20,000 bases of DNA from an uncultured Methanosarcinales archaeon (GTDB lineage Archaea > Nanobdellota > Nanobdellia > Woesearchaeales > CAYMBN01), in the NCBI GenBank assembly GCA_964388715.1, contig CAYMBN010000007.1, positions 46,347 to 66,346 on the forward strand. Reading direction: 5' to 3'. Positions 1 to 7,000 of this stretch are shown piece after piece. How positions within the stretch are numbered: the first letter of the stretch is position 1; every line of letters begins with the position of its first letter. The notes under the pieces are model-generated. The model saw only the letters and a list, made by a program, of their open reading frames with translations, had not been told where the DNA came from and did not search any database. The translations under genes and the position numbers were made by a program.

Positions 1-1297
1 CTGCATCATCATAAGCTGTTTTGTATGATGCTGTTGTCATCCACCCACTGTATGTTACAGTTACTTCACTACCTTCAAGATCGCTTACTTTTGGATTAAA
101 TATAACTGTTTCACCTTCATTTACTGCAAAGTCTGCTATTGCTTCAATTGTAGGTGGTGTATTAAGAGTTGTAACAGTTATTTTAACAGTTACTTTAATA
201 GTATCATATCCATCACTTACAGTTACTGTTGCATGATAAGTACCTGCATCACCTTCAGCAGTTTGCCATTCCCCATTCTCATTAAGTGGCTTACCATACT
301 CAAATGTTAATTGTTCACCATCTGCATCAGTTGCTATTGGAGTAACCTTAACAAGATCACCTTCTTTAACAATTATATCATTAATTTTATCCAAAACAGG
401 TGCTTTGTTAACATTCTCAACAGTAATGGTAATTTCTTTTGTTGCTGAGGAACCATATGAATCAGTTGCAGTAACTTTTACTTTATGTGTACCAGCATCT
501 TTATCAGTTGTAGTATAAGAACTACCTTGCATAAAACCACTATAAGATATTTCAACTGCATCTCCTTCAGGATCACTTGCTTTTGGTTCAAGCTTGATTA
601 AGTCTCCTTCATTTACAGTTAGGTCTTCAACACCAGTTATTACAGGTGGCTTATTCCTAGACTTAACTTCAACCACAATAACCTTCTTTGATTCAAGTTT
701 TCCATCACTTGCAGTTACAGTTATATCATAAAAACCAGCATCACCTTTCTCTGTTTGCCATTTTCCATCTTCATTAAGTGGATCAGAAAATGTATAAAGT
801 AATTTATCACCATCAGGATCAGTTGAATGAAGATTCAAACTAACAAGATCACCTTCATAAACACTTATATCAGACTTTCTTGTTTCTTCAACAAGCTCAA
901 CTTCTTCAATAATAGGAACAGGTTCAATTACAGGCTCTTCTACAACAGAAGTATCTGTTACTATTTCACCAGTCACTTTAACTCCACTTGCCTCTTCTGC
1001 TTTTCCTTCTTCAATCATTTCTTTAAGTTTCTCAAACTGTTCTTTAAAATCATCTTCTTCAGGAGTTTCTTCAACAACTTCTTCAGTAGCTCCTCCACCC
1101 ATTATTACTTTATTACCTTGCTCATCAAGACAAATCCTTTGTTCATTTTCAACATAACAAACTCTATTTGCTCTTGAAGCATTTGTTTCAGAAGGTACTT
1201 CAAAGTCCTCTTGTGACATATAAACATTTTTTGGTATACAAGCAGTAACCAAAAAAACTAGAACACTTAACAATATTATTAATTTAAATCCCCTCAT
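1..1297 (-). CDS. Secreted lipoprotein with tandem Ig-like/cadherin-like repeats (3' end runs off the window)
   Basis: Translated by hand because it is missing from the ORF track (no stop inside the window). It starts MRGFKLIILLSVLVFLVTAC-IPKN (signal peptide plus lipobox-like VTAC) with a GGGGTGA SD upstream. An acidic linker follows, then 82-aa repeats V.EGD(L)V....D(P)DGD...DAG.Y...VT(A)SDG...N.PP. The frame stays open to the window edge. Confidence 0.88.
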   Translation of the reverse strand, partial: MRGFKLIILLSVLVFLVTACIPKNVYMSQEDFEVPSETNASRANRVCYVENEQRICLDEQGNKVIMGGGATEEVVEETPEEDDFKEQFEKLKEMIEEGKAEEASGVKVTGEIVTDTSVVEEPVIEPVPIIEEVELVEETRKSDISVYEGDLVSLNLHSTDPDGDKLLYTFSDPLNEDGKWQTEKGDAGFYDITVTASDGKLESKKVIVVEVKSRNKPPVITGVEDLTVNEGDLIKLEPKASDPEGDAVEISYSGFMQGSSYTTTDKDAGTHKVKVTATDSYGSSATKEITITVENVNKAPVLDKINDIIVKEGDLVKVTPIATDADGEQLTFEYGKPLNENGEWQTAEGDAGTYHATVTVSDGYDTIKVTVKITVTTLNTPPTIEAIADFAVNEGETVIFNPKVSDLEGSEVTVTYSGWMTTASYKTAYDDA

Positions 1298-1356
1298 TTT
1301 TTAATTCACCCCTATATATTCTTATTGATTTTGTTATTATTAATCAATACACAAAC

Positions 1357-1411
1357 CATATTTAAACTTTATGGTAGTTATGACTCAAAAATAGGAAAAA
1401 GTTTTTAAGTA
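1357..1411. promoter_or_regulatory. Divergent archaeal promoters (minus: TTTAAATA at about 1359-1366; plus: A-rich BRE and TTTTTAAG at 1402-1409)
   Basis: TATA-like boxes lie between the divergent genes. The plus box sits 23 nt before ATG 1433, which is leaderless-type spacing. CATATTTAAAC at 1357 recurs at 3997, upstream of another minus-strand gene. Confidence 0.5.
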
Positions 1412-1432
1412 ATACCACTCTCACCAAATGAT

Positions 1433-1867
1433 ATGAAAACCAAGAAAGTTACAAAGAAAAGTAGTAAAAAAATATTATTATTTGGATGCTTTGATTTAAT
1501 ACATAAAGGTCACCTAAATCTTTTTGAACAAGCAAACAAACATGGACAAATAATAGTTGTAATAGCAAGAGACAAAACAATAAAAAAAATAAAAACCAAA
1601 CCTCCAAAACACAAAGAAAAACAAAGATTGAAACATCTAAAAAAGATAAAAACAATTTCGAAAGTTTACCTTGGGAACACAGGAAACAAATATAAAATAA
1701 TTAAAAAGATAAACCCAGACATAATCTGTCTTGGATATGATCAAAAAATCTATGTAAAAGATTTAAAAAAAGAATTAAATAAAAGGAAACTAAAAATAAA
1801 AGTAATCCGGCTTAAACCTTACAAACCACATAAGTATAAGAGTTCTAAACTAAAGAAAACTTTATAA
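1433..1867 (+). CDS. ribL: FAD synthase / cytidylyltransferase-family nucleotidyltransferase
   Basis: FGCFDLIHKGH (HxGH motif), VVIARD, PDIICLGYDQ and a C-terminal KSS; 144 aa, typical of archaeal RibL. Confidence 0.8.
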   Translation: MKTKKVTKKSSKKILLFGCFDLIHKGHLNLFEQANKHGQIIVVIARDKTIKKIKTKPPKHKEKQRLKHLKKIKTISKVYLGNTGNKYKIIKKINPDIICLGYDQKIYVKDLKKELNKRKLKIKVIRLKPYKPHKYKSSKLKKTL

Positions 1868-1891
1868 GTTAGTATTCAAATAAACAATAAT

Positions 1892-2038
1892 ATGATAGTA
1901 AAAATTGAAACCATAAAAAAGGGCTGTCCTGTTTGTAACAACACAGTAAAAGGAAATCAACAAATTAAGTATTACTGCAAGAATTGTAATATATTATTCT
2001 CACAAATCAATAATGAAATCATCCAAAAAAGAGGATAA
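1892..2038 (+). CDS. 48-aa zinc-ribbon microprotein (CPVC...YYCKNC)
   Basis: Manual translation gives MIVKIETIKKGCPVCNNTVKGNQQIKYYCKNCNILFSQINNEIIQKRG*. It has two CxxC pairs 13 residues apart, fills the gap between ribL and the HTH gene, and overlaps the latter's start. Confidence 0.7.
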   Translation: MIVKIETIKKGCPVCNNTVKGNQQIKYYCKNCNILFSQINNEIIQKRG

Positions 2039-2681
2039 AAAAGAGGCATCACTTGAAAAAGTGATGAAGGATCGCATTAATTTCCTAGTAGAAGAAACAA
2101 TGCAAAAATTCTTAGGAGTTACAATTAGCGAACTTAACAAAGACCTTTCTGACAAAATATCAAGAAACCCTCTATTAGATTATGAAATAAACTCATCATT
2201 ATCTTTCAAAGTAGCAAAAAAAATGTTCAAAAAACAATTCCTATCAAAACTAATCAAAGCCCATTATGGAAATATTTCACTTGTTGCAAAAATTACTGGA
2301 CTAAACAGACGTTCAATTCATAGGGCAGTAAAAGAACTTGGAATTAAGATACACAAATTAAGAAAAGAAATGTTAACTCCAAAATACTTCAAAAAGGAAA
2401 CAGTAGATAGTATACTAAGACATACTCTTGACAATTATAAAACAATTTTACATCCAACAAAACTACAAAAAATGTATGAAAATGTAGAAACAGTAACAGA
2501 AGATATCATTACACACTTACCAGAACTTCAAATGACATGGAAACAAGCTGAAAAAGAGTTTGAAAAAGAATATCTAAAAAAAGTTCTAAAAAACAACAAC
2601 TTCAATCTAACAAAAACAGCAAAGAAAATCAAGTTAAGATATGAAACCTTGCTCAGAAAAATGAAGAAATTAGAGATATGA
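2013..2681 (+). CDS. DNA-binding protein with two Fis-type (HTH_8-like) helix-turn-helix modules
   Basis: Two internal repeats, FKVAKKMFKKQFLSKLIKAHYGNISLVAKITGLNRRSIHRAVKELGI and WKQAEKEFEKEYLKKVLKNNNFNLTKTAKKIKLRYETLLRKMKKLEI. Each resembles the C-terminal DNA-binding domain of NtrC-family proteins. There is no AAA+ or receiver domain. Confidence 0.8.
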   Translation: MKSSKKEDKKEASLEKVMKDRINFLVEETMQKFLGVTISELNKDLSDKISRNPLLDYEINSSLSFKVAKKMFKKQFLSKLIKAHYGNISLVAKITGLNRRSIHRAVKELGIKIHKLRKEMLTPKYFKKETVDSILRHTLDNYKTILHPTKLQKMYENVETVTEDIITHLPELQMTWKQAEKEFEKEYLKKVLKNNNFNLTKTAKKIKLRYETLLRKMKKLEI

Positions 2682-2770
2682 CATTTTTGTCCCACACATA
2701 GATATAACCATACAATAGTATTTATATTCTTAGACGTCTTATATATAGTAAGGTGATGTAATAGTCACAC
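2677..2770 (+). promoter_or_regulatory. Promoter flanked by two putative palindromic operators (copy 1)
   Basis: TATGACA-TTTT-TGTCCCA at 2677-2694, TTTATATT at 2721, GTCTT at 2736 and GGTGATG-TAAT-AGTCACA at 2752-2769. The layout is the same as at 9896-9989. Confidence 0.7.
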
Positions 2771-2809
2771 TTATAAACAAACACAAAGAGGTCAAAAAAA
2801 CACAACAAA

Positions 2810-2941
2810 ATGGTATGGTTTGATGATATAGGAAGAGTGCAACCAAATGTACCTGGATGTAGCGGGTATTCATCTAAAAGAGCACACGTAGCTACAGGCG
2901 GAGCTAGTGGATACGATAGTCATTTAAGACAAAAAAGATAA
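2810..2941 (+). CDS. 43-aa Gly/Ser-rich peptide of unknown function
   Basis: MVWFDDIGRVQPNVPGCSGYSSKRAHVATGGASGYDSHLRQKR*. GC content is higher than in the flanking intergenic DNA, and the stop lies 1 nt before the next ATG (2943). Confidence 0.6.
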   Translation: MVWFDDIGRVQPNVPGCSGYSSKRAHVATGGASGYDSHLRQKR

Positions 2942-2942
2942 A

Positions 2943-3737
2943 ATGTCATACTGTGGTAGTTGTGGATATAGTAATGGTTGTTCAAGTTCTGCTTCTTACT
3001 CTTCAATTGATAGCATGGTAAGATATTCTCCACAATATTCTATTGATGATAGTGTAAGTTATAACATGGTAGAAGCTGCTATCCCAGAGTCACCTATTTT
3101 AACCTTAACAGACATTCTACCTAACTCAATGATTTACAATAAAACCAAAGAAAATTATAGACAGCTTTACCTTAATAATCAAACAACAAGAATGTATTAT
3201 ACACAAACAAACAATTTCCTGGATTCATCAAGACCAATAACACCATTCATAGGAAAAATCAGTAAAATTGCACATTATATTAAACAAGCATTCAAACTAA
3301 CTACAGGAAAAGCATTTCCTAAAGATATTATTATTAGATTAGTTGATGATAAAGAATTTAACCAACCAAAACAAGTTATAGGCTTTGCAATAAACAAAAA
3401 ACCTTTTGGAGTAAGTTCAATACTTATAAGAAAAGGCCACTTAGATGAAATAATGGTAACAATTGGTCACGAAATTGGCCACGTTCTTACAAAAAAACTT
3501 AATAATGAAAAAGATGAAGAAGCAAAAGCATTTGCATTCAGCATTGCCTGGCTAAAGACAATCAAAGAACATAACATTGCCAACCTATCAAAATCAATAA
3601 ACCTACAAAAACCTGCCCAAAACGGAATCCACAATATTGCACTAAACTTTGTAAGAAAACTAATCAACCAGGGCAAGACTGCATTTGAGATTTATTCAGA
3701 AATCATCAGTGGTATGAGAAGTTGCTCAGCTAATTAA
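2943..3737 (+). CDS. Cytoplasmic zinc metallopeptidase, ImmA/IrrE (M78)-like, with a Cys/Ser/Tyr-rich N-terminus
   Basis: TIGHEIGH (HExxH) is followed by DEEAKAFAF, giving a downstream Glu ligand in an E..A..F pattern. No signal peptide; the N-terminus is MSYCGSCGYSNGCSSSASYSS. Confidence 0.7.
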   Translation: MSYCGSCGYSNGCSSSASYSSIDSMVRYSPQYSIDDSVSYNMVEAAIPESPILTLTDILPNSMIYNKTKENYRQLYLNNQTTRMYYTQTNNFLDSSRPITPFIGKISKIAHYIKQAFKLTTGKAFPKDIIIRLVDDKEFNQPKQVIGFAINKKPFGVSSILIRKGHLDEIMVTIGHEIGHVLTKKLNNEKDEEAKAFAFSIAWLKTIKEHNIANLSKSINLQKPAQNGIHNIALNFVRKLINQGKTAFEIYSEIISGMRSCSAN

Positions 3738-3744
3738 CTTATTT

Positions 3745-3777
3745 CTTAAAAAAATAAAATAAAAAAAATTAAAAAAC
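3745..3777 (-). terminator. Oligo-T archaeal-type terminator for the 60-aa membrane protein gene
   Basis: Long A runs on the + strand (T runs on the - strand) immediately after stop 3778, between convergent genes. Confidence 0.4.
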
Positions 3778-3960
3778 TTATTTTGGATGGAACATCATCA
3801 ATAATCCTTTTAGTGCAAATATTGCTCCTACAAACATCCACCATTCAAGGAATTTAAAATGTGCATTAAGCATAATTAATATTCCTAAAACCAAGAACTT
3901 CATACCAAAACACATTGGGTTACCACAACACATACCAGCTTCTTTTTTCTTTGTTACCAT
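3778..3960 (-). CDS. Small two-TM membrane protein with an N-terminal CC...C motif
   Basis: GAGGTGA SD 6 nt upstream of the ATG, two hydrophobic segments, a TATA-like TTTAAATA about 40 nt upstream and T-tracts after the stop. Confidence 0.75.
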   Translation of the reverse strand: MVTKKKEAGMCCGNPMCFGMKFLVLGILIMLNAHFKFLEWWMFVGAIFALKGLLMMFHPK

Positions 3961-4067
3961 TAATAATCACCTCTTTAATAACCCATAAATAATTCACATA
4001 TTTAAACCTTTCTAACCACTAACATTTATATATAATAACAACATAAACATCTAAAAAGAGGGTTTTA

Positions 4068-7000
4068 ATGAAAAGATGGGTGTTTTTTCTAATATTTGTA
4101 TTGATTTTAGCAACTGTTAGTGCTACAGACTCTGTAGATGATGTAGTTAACACTATTACAAAACACGCAGAAGATTATGAAGCAGGAAAAATTTCACTTG
4201 CACAATTATCTGTTTACAAAAACAGTGTAAGATCAGATTTCTTTGAAGTTCTTGGTGTTAATGAAGAAGAATTTAGATGGGGTAATGAAACCCAACAACA
4301 AATAGTAGAAAAAGCAATACAAAGATTCTTTGGTGAACCATTTGAAAAAACCAATTGGGCATGGAATATTAATGAGGATCGTGAAGAAAAACTTGACGAA
4401 TCAGTACCTGCTTGGAGAAAGATAATCTTTGACGGCAAAAAAGTACAGATTACTTTTAATGCATGGCCAGAAATCTTATACAAAAAAGGTAAAAAACAAA
4501 TATTTTATTGGCCTGGTTTTGAAGTAAGATTTAAACAACAATTTGATTTTGATATTGATAAGTTAATATCTTCTATCAAAGAAACTGCAACAATATACAG
4601 TACACAAGGTCAAAAATCAGACCTTCTTATTGATCAAATAATTAGCACAGAAAACCTATTAAACAATTATCTCCAACAAAACAGATTTAATTGTATAAGT
4701 GCAATGGAAACAATCTTTGACAAAACCGAAAAAGCACAAAAAGAATCTCTTACAAAATGGAGAGTTTATCCTTATTCTGGAGAAGATTTTGATTTATGGC
4801 TTGAACTAAACACATGTAATTCATGTGAATGGCCTTGGATTAATTTTTGGATAGAAGTTGAATCACACAGAATGTTTAGAGGAAAACAAGATATGGACAT
4901 GGAAAAAATAGATAAGGAAGAACTTAAACACTTATCTATAGATGAATTATATGAAAAACAAGAAAAATTAATTGATGAATTAGTAAAAGAAGCAGAAAAA
5001 CTTGATAGAACAGGCCATAGCAGATTATTTGAAATATTACCAAGAAACAGACACATGATTGAAACAATTTCTTGGGCAATGGACGAAATTTTCTATGATA
5101 GAAAAGAACCAGAAGAAAGACAAATTATTTATGAAGAAAGAATTGAAAGATTAGAAGAAATGTTTTCTGAATATGGTAAGATTGAGAAAACCCCTGTTAC
5201 TAATAATCGATATGAAAAAAGACTTGTTGAAAATCTAGAAGAAAATCAACATAGTTGGTGCCAACATGTTAATGATATCCCATGTGGAGCTGATGAAGGC
5301 TGTGTTAATGGAGAATGTATTTATGCAAAAGGCGGTGAAGAAGATTGTAGAAATAACATGGATGATGATGGTGATAATGTAGTAGATTGTAATGATCCTG
5401 ATTGTTTTGAACACAAAGATTGTGGCAAAATGTGTGAACCTATTTGTAACAAGCCAGGCGGTTGCTGGCAAACTAATGATAAATTATGTAGACCTGTTTG
5501 TGAAGATTGCTGGGGATGTTATGAATCAGGTAAAAGTAATGAAGAATGTGATGCAATCTGCCAAGAAAAATGTTGGCCTTGCAGTGACAGTGATGAAATA
5601 AAACAAGCATGTAATGATTGTTGGAATTGTGAAGATGAAGCATATGGTGGTTGTAGAAAAGTATGTGAACCATGTAATGAATGTTCAAAAAAAGATGGCG
5701 AAGACTGTAGTGGAGAATGTAAAGAATGTAGTTTATGTAACTATGAAAATGGAGATTTCCAATGTAATGAAAATCAAGTATTCTCAGAAGAAGAAGCTTA
5801 TTGTATGTGTGAAGAAGGATTTTATGATTGTGATGAAAATTGGAACAATGGTTGTGAATCAGATTTCCATTGTGGTGTAAAAAGAGGAAAGTGCAAACCA
5901 GAATGTAATGTATATTATGATTGTATGGATGATTGTAAAGATGCTATTAAAGAATCATGCGACAAACATTGTGAAGGTGTCACAGAATTTGATAGCTGTC
6001 ATGATATATGCATGGATACAACAGAAGAAAAAACAGATTGCAGAGGAATTTGTTTTAAAGGCGCTTCACAACATTGCCAAGTATGTAAAAAAGCCAAACC
6101 AAGAAAACAAACACAACTTGAGAAATGTATTAAATTATGTTCAGGAGATGTTGAATGTAAAAAAGCATGTGAACTTGAAGACAGAAATCGTTGTTTAGTT
6201 GGTTGTGGTGATGATGAAGATTGTAAAGTAGCTTGTATTGGTAAAGAAGGAGTTTATTTCTGTGATGGTAAAAAACAAAGAGTTCCTTGTGAAGATGAAT
6301 ATACATACATTTGTAATGGTGTAAAATCCTATAAACCATGTAAATTAAATTACTATGTATGTAATGGTAAAAGACAAGATACACCTTGTGAAGGAATAAC
6401 TGAGTGTGAAATGTATCAGTATTATAATGAAGATGAAAAAAGTTGTAGATGTATTCCAGGCCATTATGATTGTGATGGTGATGGTGACTGTGATTATACA
6501 CAAAAATGTAAAGGAGACATGGAAGTTTGTGATGATAACAAAGACAACGATGGAGACTTTATGGTAGATTGTAATGATATGCTTGACTGTAGTGATGGTA
6601 CTGCTTGTGGCGACAATAAATATTGCAACAATGGAGAATGTATAGAAGGACAGTTTTGTATGCTTTACTGCGGAACATGTTCAGAACTAGACTATCAAGG
6701 CTGCCAATGTAAAGTAATTGAAAACTGTTGTGGTAATGGTATTTGCGAAGAAGATGAAACATGTCCAGAAGATTGTGAATTCCAATGTATGAGTGACTCT
6801 GATTGTGAACAACCAAAATGTGGTTATTCTGAATGTATTGAATCTGAATGTTTAACTGTTGTACAGGAATGTAAAATTTGTGAAGACGGTGAAACAAAAA
6901 CAGAACAATGTGGTAAAGACATCATTGTTACAGAAAAATGTGAAAAAAATCAATGGACTAAAACAGGAGAAGAATGTATAACATGTAGTGATGGAGAAGC

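Noticed and set aside
21..1177. Plus-strand ORFs 21-236 and 827-1177
   Set aside because: They are antisense shadows of the long minus-strand Ig-repeat lipoprotein gene, which has an SD, a signal peptide and clear repeats.
1379..1396. TATGACT in the ribL/lipoprotein intergenic region
   Set aside because: It matches only the left half of the operator, with no TGTCnCA at the required distance.
5958..5984. TGCGACA-N13-TGTCACA, resembling the operator half-sites
   Set aside because: It lies inside a Cys-rich CDS where TGT/TGC-GAC are frequent, has the wrong spacer (13 vs 4) and has no linked TATA box.
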